Notes under the pieces: generated by a model
Database searches by the model: none
Seen by the model: only the letters and a program-made list of their open reading frames with translations
Told to the model about the DNA's origin: nothing
Program-made: the position numbers and the translations under genes
Origin: the human T2T-CHM13v2.0 reference genome, Homo sapiens
Reading direction: 5' to 3' (one strand)
Assembly (NCBI RefSeq): GCF_009914755.1
Contig: NC_060931.1
DNA length: 64,000 nt
Shown here: positions 28,398 to 40,680 of the stretch, piece after piece
How the letters are laid out: every line of letters begins with the position of its first letter
Position numbering within the stretch: position 1 is the stretch's first letter

Positions 28398-28682
28398 TTC
28401 CCCAATGGCATATTTAACATGAATTATATATAGTCATTTGCCATTTGCCAATCTTTTAATTTGGGGCCAAGATCTTTTCTTTGAGAGTGGTCCCCTGATT
28501 GGAATTCCCCCTCACCATCTTTTTTGCATGAATTACCTACCACTCTCTAAGATTATCAGTTTTCAATTTTTAAAAAATGAAACAAGACACTTGGAAAGGA
28601 ACTGAGTGTAGAATCCTCCTAGATTCCCCCAACCCCCTATGTGTCATGCATCATGCTCACAGCTATTTTGAAAGCAAACTAA

Positions 28683-28937
<255 letters not shown>

Positions 28938-29136
28938 TAAATTATATAATTAAAAAAAGTTTGGGTTCAAACACCCAAATTGAATCATGGAAAACTTCCA
29001 GCTGAACTGGTGGGGACAGAAGTATAGGGCATCTAAAGAGCTATCTGCTTGCACATTTAAAGTGAAGGGTGACACGGCATGATCTGGCAAGTCAGATATT
29101 ATATTAACATAATAGATTGAAAATAGTATGTATACT

Positions 29137-30996
29137 TGGGATGGTTAATTTTATGTGTCAGTTTAGCTAGGCCACGGGGTGCCCAGATATTTGGTTAAAC
29201 GTTAATCTTCTGTGTCTGTGACAGTGTTTTTTGATGAGGTTAATGCTTGAATAGGCAGACTGAGTAAAGCAAACTGCCTTCCATAATATGGGTGGGCCTC
29301 ATCCTATCCTTTGAAGACAACATGAATAAAACAAAAAGACTCCGTAAGGGGGAACTCCTCCTGCCTGACTGCTTTGAGATGGGACACCAGTTTCTTTCTG
29401 GCTTTTGGACTTGAAACTGAAACATTGGCTGTTTTTTTAGTCTCCAGCCTGCTAAGTTTCAGATTGGAAATACATGTCACCTTCCCTGGGTCTCCAGCTT
29501 GCCAACTGCAGATCTTGGGATTTCTTGGCCTCCATAATTGCATGAGCCAATTCCTTATAATAAATCTCTTTTAGGATCTCTCTAGTAGGATAAACTGGTA
29601 TATTGTTGTTTTTTTTTTTTTTACCTTAAGAAAAACCAATAGCTTAATTTTTCCTCGATATATATTTAGAAAATTGGTCTGAGAAGAGTTTTCATGAAAC
29701 AGACCAGAGAACTATGTATAAAATTAAGAGTTCTAACCCAGTAAGAAAAAGTGCAAAAATGAAGCACACATTCCCAGGGGCCACTGCAGCCTAGGACCCT
29801 CCCATCAGAGGGAAGGCAAGGTCTTTGATGGCTTTTGAGTTCAGCTGAGGGATCATGCTGATCTTCAGGAATTTGTTGCTTGCATACTTATTCTTGATGG
29901 CGATGAATTTAGTTAAGTTTTCGTTTACTTTCAGCACATTTTTGGCCACGTGCTGCATGACTTCCAATACTTCATTCTGTGTGTATCCTGTATAACACTG
30001 CTGCTTTAAGTTCCATTTTCCTTGGCCCAGAACCTTCTGAGACAAGCAGGAAGCAGCTGTTGCTGCCTTAGAAGGATGATAATGCATCATATCGTAGTCA
30101 ATGAGAGTCAGCTCCATCAAATATTTGGCTAAAGTGTGCTGTTCAACATCAGCCTTCCCGGCTTTTGATGCTTGCCTTAAGAAGTGTAGTGGCAAGGGTC
30201 CACCCACCTCAAATTTCAGTTCTTTCAAAATTAGTTTCCATTTCTTGGATTTGGAAACTAGTATAAGCATTGTCTGTGATGTAAACAAAGCCTTCAGTAT
30301 TTGGAGAAAACATCTCCTCATACTTGGAAGCCAAGAGCAGAGCAGTAATCCAAACTAGTTGAAGCTTCCTCTGGGAAACTGGCTGAACCAGTAAAGATCA
30401 ATCCATAATGGCAACACACACATACAGAGTCTCCTGAAGAAGCCTAAACTTGGAGTGGATTTGCACCAACCAGTCTACCAGGATGGTATGCTTATGTCCA
30501 TTTACATCTCATCCACCTAAGACATGTGGGTTTATGAACTGCAAAATCTCCAGCTGCCTGAGGTACTGATAGATACCCTTAAATAGTCACTGCAGAGCTG
30601 AGGGTTATTCCAATCTTTGTTATCAATATCCTCAATTTTGTAGAGCAAAGCATCAGAAAAAGCTCGGCAGATGTTCTCTTCTTTCACGGAGGCATCCTCA
30701 GGTATGGGAGAAGGACCCTTTGGAGCCAACATTTCCATCTGTACTGTTTCACAGAAGCAGTAGGTTTCAGTTGTTTGTTGACATTTGTTGTTTCCCTGGG
30801 TTGAACTGGCACTTTGGTGTTCTGAGCTTTCTTAGCTACTTGTGCTGCTCTGGCTGTAACTCTATTTCCAATTTATTCTAAAATGGAATGCCTAATAGTC
30901 ACATGACTCTTAGGTTTAGAATTAACTCCTGTCTCTCTGTCTCTGCATATACCCATTTACCCTATTGGTTCTGTCTCTTTGGAGAGTCCTAATAGA
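29137..30996 (+). mobile_element. MLT2 (ERVL) solo LTR split by the CCNB2 retrocopy (29137-~29570 and ~30933-30996)
   Basis: Start tgggatggttaattttatgtgtca; gagccaattccttataataaatctct; end cctattggttctgtctctttggagagtcctaataga; TSD atact/atacc. Confidence 0.88.
29603..30932 (-). pseudogene. CCNB2P1: Processed pseudogene of cyclin B2 (CCNB2), 5'-truncated at about codon 18
   Basis: Intronless; translates to CCNB2 segments ([51 protein letters not shown]); stop at 29791-29793, 3'UTR and poly(A) (T run 29603-29622); in-frame stops at 30873-75, 30509-11 and 30398-400; frameshifts near 30746, 30583 and 30237. The P1 symbol is from recall. Confidence 0.95.
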
Positions 30997-31002
30997 ATAC
31001 CT

Positions 31003-31260
31003 GACAACTAAATGCAATGTGGATCTTGGGACAGAAAGAGGACATTAGTAGAAAAACTGGTGAAATTTAAAAAGAGCCTGGAATTTAGTTAATAGTAATG
31101 TACCAGTGTTGGTTTCTTAGTTGTAACAAATGTACCATAGTAATGTAAGATGTTAGCAATAGAGGAAGTTGGTTGAGAGCTCTAGAACGCTCTGTATTAT
31201 CTTTGCAACCTTTCCATAAACCTAAAATTATTCAAAAATAAAAATTTTGTTTTAAAAAAT
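31003..31260 (+). mobile_element. L1MC/MD 3' end
   Basis: gacaactaaatgcaatgtg...aaaactggtgaaatt...tctttgcaacc...aaaattattcaaaaataaaa. Confidence 0.8.
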
Positions 31261-31418
31261 AGCATGTACCATACAATCTCTCTCTCTGAAACTGCTCCTA
31301 ATTGTCTAGCTTTCTATTTGTATTTATGGATTCTATTCACCAAATGTTAGTAATCTTTACTTTGGGAAGTAATTTACTTCTTTCTTTGTGCTTTTCTGTA
31401 TTGTTTGAATTTTAAAAA

Positions 31419-31438
31419 TATATATATATATATATATA
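31419..31438. repeat. (TA)n microsatellite
   Basis: Direct reading. Confidence 0.9.
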
Positions 31439-31700
31439 TTACTAAAATAGTGAAGTCATTTTTTAAAACATTGGAGGCTGTTTTGAAAAGATGACTTCTA
31501 AAAATCTTCCAGAAAACTCTATGATCTTTGATTTGGTGTTATTTTTTTAATAGCACTGTCTCACCTATAACATTCTCCTTAGGCACCCAAAAATGATTTT
31601 ATGATGAGGCTCCAAGATTGATACTCTGTGGCAGGACTTGAAAAATGACCAGGTTGTGTTACCATAAGAACATGTTCCTGTTTTGTTTTGTTTTCTTTTT

Positions 31701-32056
31701 TATTTTTCTAGTTCATTAAGGCTGCTATAACAGAATACCATAAACGACAGAAATTTATTTCTTACAGTTCTGGAGGCTGGGAAGGCCAACATCAAGGCAC
31801 CAGCAGATTCAGTGTCTGGTGAGGGCCTGTTCCCTGGTTTATAGATAGCTGCATTCTCACCCTTACATGGTGGAAGGGGCAAATGAATTATCTGGGGTCT
31901 CTTATTCATAAGGACACTAATCCCCTTCATGAGGGCTCTTACCTCATGGCCTAATCACCTCTCAAAGGCCATGTCTCCTGATACCATCACATTGTGGGTT
32001 AGGATTTCAACATAAGAATGGGGTTGGGTGGGGAAGCAAACATTCTTTAAATAGCA
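31701..32056 (-). mobile_element. MLT1A/MSTD-type MaLR LTR
   Basis: ggctgctataacagaatacca...acagttctggaggctgggaag...ctaatcacctc...atagca. Confidence 0.85.
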
Positions 32057-32387
32057 CCGACCCATACATAGCTTAATGGTTTATGTCAGTGTGTTACTAT
32101 AGCTATTTGCTGGCGATAAGCATCGTAAGGAAATGAAAGGCTTTTGGTTGCAATTCTCCTGTGGTTCTGTCCAGTGAAGCAATGAGTCAGGGATTTTTAT
32201 CTCCAAATCAAAGCAGAGCTCACCTTTTAGTAATTGGAGGAATTAAAAGAACAAATTTCCTAAATGTTCTATGTTCTAGTACAAATAAAATTTTTTAATA
32301 CTCTGTTTATCCTCATATCTTCTATTTTCTTTGTTCTCTTCATCTTGTCTCTATGTCTCCTGATGTCCAACCTCTCTCTTTTGATCC

Positions 32388-32682
32388 TTTTTTCTTTTGA
32401 GTCAGGGTCTCACTCTGTCACCCAGGCTGGAGTGCAGTGACGACATGATGGCTTACTGTGACCTCAACCTCCTGGACTCAAGCCATCCTCCCACCTCAGC
32501 CTCCCAAGCAGCTGGTACCACAGGCACACACCACTAAGCCCAGCTAATTTTTTTATTTTTTGTAGAGACATTGTTCTGCCCTGTTGCCCAGGCTGGTCCA
32601 GAACTCCTCTAGGCTCAAATGATTCTCCTGTCTTGGCCTCCCAAAGTGCTGTGGTTACAGGAATGAGACACTGCGCCCAGCC
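32388..32682 (-). mobile_element. AluJ
   Basis: AluJ diagnostics. Confidence 0.93.
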
Positions 32683-33091
32683 TCCTTTGACTTAAAATAT
32701 TAGGTCTATTGTAAATTCTCAAGGGAGCCATTTTTTTCTTTTTCCACTCTAATACTGTGAATTCTTTGCGGATGGAGAGACTGTTCTCTTCATTTCTGTT
32801 TCCCTTCACCTAGCACAGTCCTCACCCATCAAATCATGGAGGATTGTAGCCACAGCTGCAAATGGAACCCTGGAGTTTTCCAGTTCCTCCTACTCATTCA
32901 AGTTCTATGTCTCCCTTCTTCCCTTTGTTTTTCTTTCTCAGGTCCTTTTTCTTCTTGTAATGTAGTTATAGGCTTATCGCCTGTATTCTGTGCCTTCTGA
33001 ATGTCCAGGCTCTAAGGTCATTCTGCTGATTATATGAGGCCAGGTCTTCCCTTTAACTTGTGCTTCTGTAAGGTAATAATCTAAGCTATAC

Positions 33092-33288
33092 CAGTGGTTC
33101 TTAAACTCTAGCAGGCATTAGAATCACCTGGAGAGCTTGCTAAAACAGACTGCTGGGCCCACTCCTAGAGTTTCTTAATTAGTAGGTCTGGGATGGCACT
33201 GGAGAATTTGCATTTTTAACAAGTTTCTAGTAGATGCTGATGCAAATACTGATGCTGCTAGTCCAGGGACTACACTTCGTACATCGTG
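33092..33288. mobile_element. MER5A hAT-Charlie MITE
   Basis: cagtggttcttaaact...agaatcacctggagagcttg...ttgcatttttaacaag...gatgctgctagtcc. Confidence 0.88.
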
Positions 33289-33963
33289 GATCTACATTCT
33301 ACAGAATCATTGGCTGGGCTAGCTCCTCCTTTGCAAGGAGGCAAAAAGAAATGCAGATGTTCAGTGTCTAGAACTTATCCATAAAGTAAAAATAATAGGA
33401 AGAATATACATGTTTTATTTTAAACCCAAGATATAAAGGCGTTTTTTCCCTTATAATGATTATTCTTCAAATCATCTCTATACACCATAAGTAAAGTTAA
33501 AAGTGCTAAAGGAGGAAAAACTATTGATATTTCTATCAGAACACATAAAAAGGTTAATTATGGCATGCACGTCTTAAAGATCTCCTTGCCATCTGAGCCA
33601 TCTCCAGAAATACTTGCCATAGAACAGAAATAGAAATGATTATATGAGTAAATTATCACCCACACTCCTCGCATGCATCATTTCATACCACAAGCCTTTT
33701 CTCTTTTCAAGGAATAATGGTTTTACATTTTACTTTGTGATGGCACTCTAATTGCTAAATATAATAGGGGCATTATGCTACAAAGTTAAAAGACTCCAAG
33801 TGAAAAGATAAGTCAAATATAGTAATTTCACACAGCCAATGATTCTTCAAAGTATGCTTCTCTTTTTTTCCAGCTGTCTCCCAATTGTGAACTCTCACAG
33901 ACTCATGAAAATTGAATACTAAGGCAGAGAAAAGCTAACAGGGATCCTAGAATATTTCTAGTC

Positions 33964-34209
33964 CAGGAGTCTGTAACTATGATCTACTGGCCAAATCTGG
34001 CCCACCACCTGTTTTCATAAATAAAATTTTATTGGAAAATAGGCATGCCCATTTTTATTGAGAAACAGCCGTACCCGTTGTTTACATATTCTGTGTGGCT
34101 GCTTTCGCACTATAATAACAGAGTTAAATAGTTGCAACACAGACCATGTGGTCCAAAGCTGAAAATATTTACTATCTTGACCTTTACCAAAAAAGTTTAC
34201 TGACTCCTG
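33964..34209. mobile_element. MER58A MITE
   Basis: TIRs caggagtc/gactcctg; ggccaaatctggccc; aaaatatttactatc. Confidence 0.88.
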
Positions 34210-35019
34210 CTGTAGTTCCAGCTACTCACTGGACAGATTAGAAACCTGTCTAGAGGGAGAGAGTTGGGGAGGGCAGGAGAGAATGGAGGGAGAGGTAGCT
34301 CAGGTTTCCACATTCAAATAGAAACAGGATTGCAGAATGTGAGGCTTCTCCCTAAGCAACTCCTGTAAGAGCTTTGGTCCACTGAAAGCCAGTCACAGCT
34401 GCCCTTCATGTATTAGTAGAGAAGGGGACACTGGAGTAAGTTTGTATCTCGTTATAATTTTCAAAGAACCTCTTCAAATGTCCACCCCAAAAAGAAGAGC
34501 AGTGAGACAGAAGTGTGCTTTGATGTTAGTCCAAAGTGTTATTTATGGCATTTATTTGCACACGTATACAAAAACACATTAGCAGCCTAACCTTTGGGGC
34601 TCATTTCTAATAATGAAAAAGTCCTTTTTCATTGATGAGGAAATCATTAGGATCATCTTGTCTTTCAGAAAGTATACTAGCATTCTGTCATGTAGTATTC
34701 TCCATAGTGCCCAAAGCTTTCAGGAGAATATGCCTTATAGTGGGAATTCTTATTTCTTCAAGTTATTAGTCACTAAATTGACAAAAGTATGTGAGTGTGT
34801 GTGTGTGTATGTTTACATTGCTATTTTACATAATTTATATATCCACGTCTAAAATAAAATGATATAGTGGTGCTAGGTGTTCCCTAATCTCTCTCATTTA
34901 TATGTTAAAAATATATCTATTCTGTAAATGAACAGAAGCCCCAATTCCATGGTTTCAGGTAAGTGCAAAGATATTTACAATGAGTTAAAATGGAGTATTG
35001 TCACAAAAAGGACCGTTAT

Positions 35020-35740
35020 TTTATTTGGTCATTCATCAGTTCTTTATTGGGTACCTCTTCTGTGCCAGGAACCCACTGTACTGACATGATACGCACCAAG
35101 AGGCTAAGAGGATCTCGTAATCTGATGGGGTGATGGGGGAGGTCACATGCAATACAATGTCTGCAAGTTCTGCCTTGGAGAGAGCCCTGGAAGAGACATT
35201 TGAGTGAAGTCCAAAAGATGAATAAGGGCTTGCCATGCAGATATGCACATGCTAGGGAAATGAAATTCACTTTTAATGTTAATTCTCCTGGGAGATGTTC
35301 TTGACTCCTTAGTCCAAACCCCTTAATATCCCTATTCTGTGTTCCTATAGCATCTATCTATCACAGGACTTTTCTGTCTGCCTGGCATTCAGTAGGTGTT
35401 TAGCAAATGAATGAATAATAAGTGAGTGAGTGAACACATGGAGTGAGTGAATTATGAGTATACAAAAGTCAGAGGTGTGAACCACTATGGCCTATTCTTG
35501 GAACTGCATATATGGCTAGAAGATAGGGCATGGGGAAGGAGGGACAGATGTACCGGGATATGAGGCTGGAGAGGTAGGTCAGGGTAAGATTGTGGAGGAC
35601 CCTATATGCCAATCTAAGAATTGAATTGTATTTATTATTTCAGCAATTTCATGTTGGCCCCCATTCTGTGCCAATCCTGTGTTAGGCTCTGGAGACACAA
35701 GATTCAGCCCTTCCCCTTGTAGACCTTACTGTTTCACTGA
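35020..35740. mobile_element. Cluster of L2 fragments in both orientations
   Basis: tcattcatcagttctttattgggtacct; gcctggcattcagtaggtgtttagcaaatgaatgaat. Confidence 0.55.
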
Positions 35741-36125
<385 letters not shown>

Positions 36126-36139
36126 ACTGAAGCAATATT

Positions 36140-36360
36140 AATTGTGGATAGGATATGGGCCCTGGATGTAGACTGCCTGGGTTTTAGTTTTAATTTACTC
36201 CATACTAGCTGTGTGGCCTTCAATTTCTCAATGCTTCGGTTTCCTTATCTTTAAAATTGGAGTAATAATAGAACCTACCTCATAGTTACTGTTGTGATTA
36301 AAATGAGATAATATGTGTGAAACTTCCTGGCACATAGAAAGTACCCAACAAATATTAAGC
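36140..36360 (+). mobile_element. MIR
   Basis: tactagctgtgtggcctt...ggtttccttatctttaaaattggagtaataatagaacctacctcatag. Confidence 0.85.
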
Positions 36361-36369
36361 ACTCTTTTT

Positions 36370-37480
36370 ACTGGGGAAAATGGACATTAAACAAGTAATT
36401 AAAAGTGTGATGGGGAATTGCAGAAGATGAGGCCCATAGTGCAAAGACAATGTAATGGTGGCAGGTGGTGGTGTGCTGTGGAAATGATCTGGAGATTCAA
36501 AGAAGTACTCTCTAATGGAAGAATGGGTGGAAATGAGACTGGAAAGGAGGCAGCAGCCAGCTCATGGAGAGGGTCAGGGTCAGATTTTGGACTTCATTCC
36601 AGGGTCATTGAGAGCCACTGAAGAGATTAAGCATGGGTATGACAAAATCAGAGTTGTGAATTTTTTTGTTTTTGAGACAGGATCTCTTTCTGCCACCCAT
36701 GCTGGAGTGCATTGGCATGATTAAAGTTCTCTGTAGCCTTGATCTCCTGGGCTCAAGCAGTCCTCCTGCGTCAGCCACTTAAGTAGCTGGGACTTCAGGT
36801 GCATGCCACTGCACTTGGCTAATTTTTTTATTTTTTTGGAGAGATGATATCTTGCTGTGTTGCTCAGGCTGGTCTTGAACTCCTGAGCTCAAGCAATCCT
36901 CCTGCCTTGACCTTCCAGAGTGCTAGAATTACAGATGTGAGCCACCATGCTTGGCCCAGAGTTGTGCTGTTAATAGATGAAGAGAAGTGGACAGATGTAA
37001 GAGATTGCAGGAATCGAATTGACAGGAATTGGTGATTGATTGACTATAAGATGAGAGGGGAAAAAAAAGAATGTAAGATGACTCCCAAATTTCTGGATTG
37101 AGCCATTGAATTAATAGTGTGCCATTTACTCAGGATCTATGAAAGGAGGAGCAGACTTTCAGGGGCCGTTGAAGTTGAACTGCCAGTGCAGACGGTGATG
37201 GAGCTTAGAATATAAATGGGCATGGAACCTGGATGTGGATGAGATTGTCAAGGAAAACATTTAACAAGAAAAGACAACCAAGATGGAATTCCGGGTGTAG
37301 AAGAAAACCCCAGAGTAGACTGAGCAGGAGTACTCAAAGAAGTTGGTTAAAAACTAGGAGATGGTGATATGACAGAAACCAAGGGAGGAGAAAGGAGGGC
37401 ATGGTCAACATTATCCAATGCTGCTTCATTTTTTAATAAGGATTAAAAATCGCCCACTGGATTTGGCAATTAGATCTCTT
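36370..37480 (-). mobile_element. L2, fragmented and interrupted by an AluJ
   Basis: gagccactgaag...gaatcgaattgacaggaattggtgattgattg...aagatgactcccaaatttctgg...cactggatttggcaat. Confidence 0.65.
36661..36956 (-). mobile_element. AluJ
   Basis: TSD cagagttgtg at 36649-58 and 36957-66. Confidence 0.93.
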
Positions 37481-37763
37481 ATCAGGGTCATTTAAAACTC
37501 TTCTAGATCCTGAACACAGTGGTTTCTGAAGATCCAACCACATATTACAGCAAACATTAAAATGCACCAAACTCCATATTAAATTTATGTCATAAAAATT
37601 TAGGAGATTAACCTTTTTCCCTTTGAAATTATTACAAATTAAAATGTTCTATTTTCTTCTGTATTTGAGTCAGTCAATTTTTAATTTTTCTAAAATGTTT
37701 TTCTAAACATTTTTTTTCAAACATTTTATAGGTTCTTGAAAATGTGGAGGACCTAGGCTGTCA

Positions 37764-38085
<322 letters not shown>

Positions 38086-39754
38086 ATAGACCCACATTCA
38101 GAGAAGGCTACAGGGGCCATGGAGTGAATGAGTGATGGAGCCAAGACAGTTAAGTATGAACTTCTCTTTCCCAGACATAGCAAAGAAAGGAAAGAAAGAG
38201 ATGGAGAGAGCAAAGAAGGCCGTAAAATCCAGGTAGAACATGATTTATTTAAGATTGGAGTTTTTCACATGGCTTAGAAGAAAAATGTAGCAAAAAAAAT
38301 TGATGACTCAGGAGGGAGTAGTAATATTTGATCAAAATGCTGCTTAAGGAGACAAGAAGAACAGATCCAGAACATAGGTAGGATTCACCTTCTTTAATGT
38401 CCCTCTTTGTCTGAATCCAGATGGAAGGAGGTGTAAGAACAGGTGGTGGATAGGTGCTCATATCCTATAGCTATCATTAATAATGAAATGTTAAAATCAC
38501 AACTCTCTCAAGTAACTGCCACCACCATTTGGCATTGTTCTTCTAAAGATCGGAGACTACAATAATGGCAGCAAAAGGTCCCAGCAGTTAACAACTCTGT
38601 TTCATAAATAATTTCAAACTACTCTGTGATGCAGAGTGCTGTGTAGATGCCTGTTGGGGTTTGGCCCCTGATTCCTTTATGAGCCAAGAAGAGTCAATGT
38701 ACTCTCTCTATAATAGATGTTGGAAGTAAAATGCCCACCTGTGTCAAGCAAATTGATTTGTCAAAAGCACCATCTGATAAATTTGTTGATTTACAGAGAA
38801 GGCAGGAGCTTTATGGGAAGTGCATTAACTCTTTGGGGCCCTTGGGGCAACAGAACTAAATCATTGCTGCAGTACTAAATGATTTCTCTAATGGCCCCAA
38901 AAGTAAATGCGTCCCCCAAAATCTCAGATGTTCCCAGGTGGTCATTCACCCTCTGAGACTTAAAATGATTACAAATACTTTTCAAGAGCTATATCGGTGG
39001 CCCAGTTCTCACTTTACAGATAGGGGAACTGAAGTTCATTCTAGGCCAGTTAGTAACAGTTTAGAGTAGATACTAGCCAGCTTAAGTGGCCAGCTAATAA
39101 TTAGCATTGCTGCTCTGACACCAATAGATATTCCAGTGATCATCTCAGTAAATATTTGTCATTTGAAGTGTAACTGCTCACAGTAAAAATACTCCATATT
39201 CATTCCCACAGAGTAGACAATTAGCTCCAATAAGATTGACTTATTGAATGTCCTTTTGCAAAAATTTTATTTTAGTTGTGGCTTTTTTTGTTGTTGTTAG
39301 ATGGTTGTCAATTGTAGAAATAGAAATGAAAACTCAATAAAGAAGATAGGAAAACTTTGTGATAGATGCTGGAAGTAGGTCTCAAATTTCATGAGCAAGT
39401 TTATTAAGCTCATACACTGAAGACATTGGGTCATCTTTGGAGGTGTTGCTTAACAAGCCATGAGTGTTTCAGAGCTGAAGGGGGCCTTGAAAGCCTTAAC
39501 TCAAGAGTGCTTATTTTACAAATGAAAAAATTGTCTCTAAAGTGGCCCAGCCAGGCCTTTTGCCTTAAGCTTGCAAAGTGAGAAAACCTGTTTACATAAA
39601 GACAACACAGAATGGGGGTCAGGGACTCCCAAGACTTGAAGACTAGTGGCCACAGAAAGGGGGAGAAAGCATTGTACATGGTTATTATTATTATCCAGAT
39701 TGATTGTAAAAAGGCCCACCAATTCTTGGGCCTCTTCCCTCAAAAGGAAAAGAC

Positions 39755-39810
39755 AACACATACACACACATGCACACATACACACACACACACACACTCA
39801 CCTACACACA
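39755..39810 (+). repeat. Imperfect (CA)n
   Basis: Direct reading. Confidence 0.85.
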
Positions 39811-40544
39811 TAAAGCAAAATTAGTTACCAAATGATAAGCATGTAAAACTTGAGGCAAAGAAGTTCTATTCTGGGCTTATCCACCTCTAACCTCAAAGCT
39901 TACTTGCATGGCTAACAGCTTTTAGGAACTTCATGACCAGATACTCAATTGTAAATTTCTCTAGAAAGAAAAAAATAAAAGCTACAATAACAAAATGTAC
40001 TCTGTAAGCACAGTTGAACCTTGAATATTTTTGATGTTGCTTCCCAGTGTATTATGAATGTGTTATTATAAGGTTTACATAGAAGAGCAATGATCTGTGT
40101 AATTTCTTGCCTAAAATGGTAGTCTTTTGGTCAGTTGACCAAGAATGAGAACAGCTTAGGGTTCTGGGATTGCATGGAATGAGACATTGGTTTTGTTTGT
40201 TTCGTTTTATCTTGTCATTGGCGATTAGATTTAGGACATAAGTGCCAAAATAGGCCATTTTAATCAACATTGGGACTTCCCTGTTAAAATCTTGGCTGAG
40301 TTCAGTGAGTTTCACAAACACATAAAAAGCAAGCTTAAATACTGGCAGAGGGTGGCCTGAAAAGGAAATTCAGCTTTCTTGCTGAATATTATTATTAATC
40401 AAAATAAGTATAAGGATCAAATAATTATAATTGCATTAAACTCTTTGGGGACTTGAGACTTCTGTCATTTCTATAAACTAAGAATAGCTATTATTGAATT
40501 CACTTATGAATCACAATTCCTTACACTTATTTGTCATCTTACAC

Positions 40545-40680
40545 ATCACAAAATGCTTTCACCTGTTATGATTTGGTTTGATGTTCACAGTGCAAATGTG
40601 CAGGACAGGTATTATTAGCCCCATTTAATAGATGAGTGAGTTGAACTTACGAATGGTCAAGAGCTCTTTCCATAGGCAAC
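40545..40680 (-). mobile_element. MIR fragment
   Basis: caggtattattagccccatttaatagatgag. Confidence 0.55.

Noticed and set aside
29603-30932. Functional cyclin B2 gene
   Set aside because: No introns or start codon, with multiple stops, frameshifts and a poly(A) tail.
31667-31678. agaacatgttcc as a p53 or glucocorticoid response element
   Set aside because: Only one p53 half-site, and no 3-nt spacer for a GRE.
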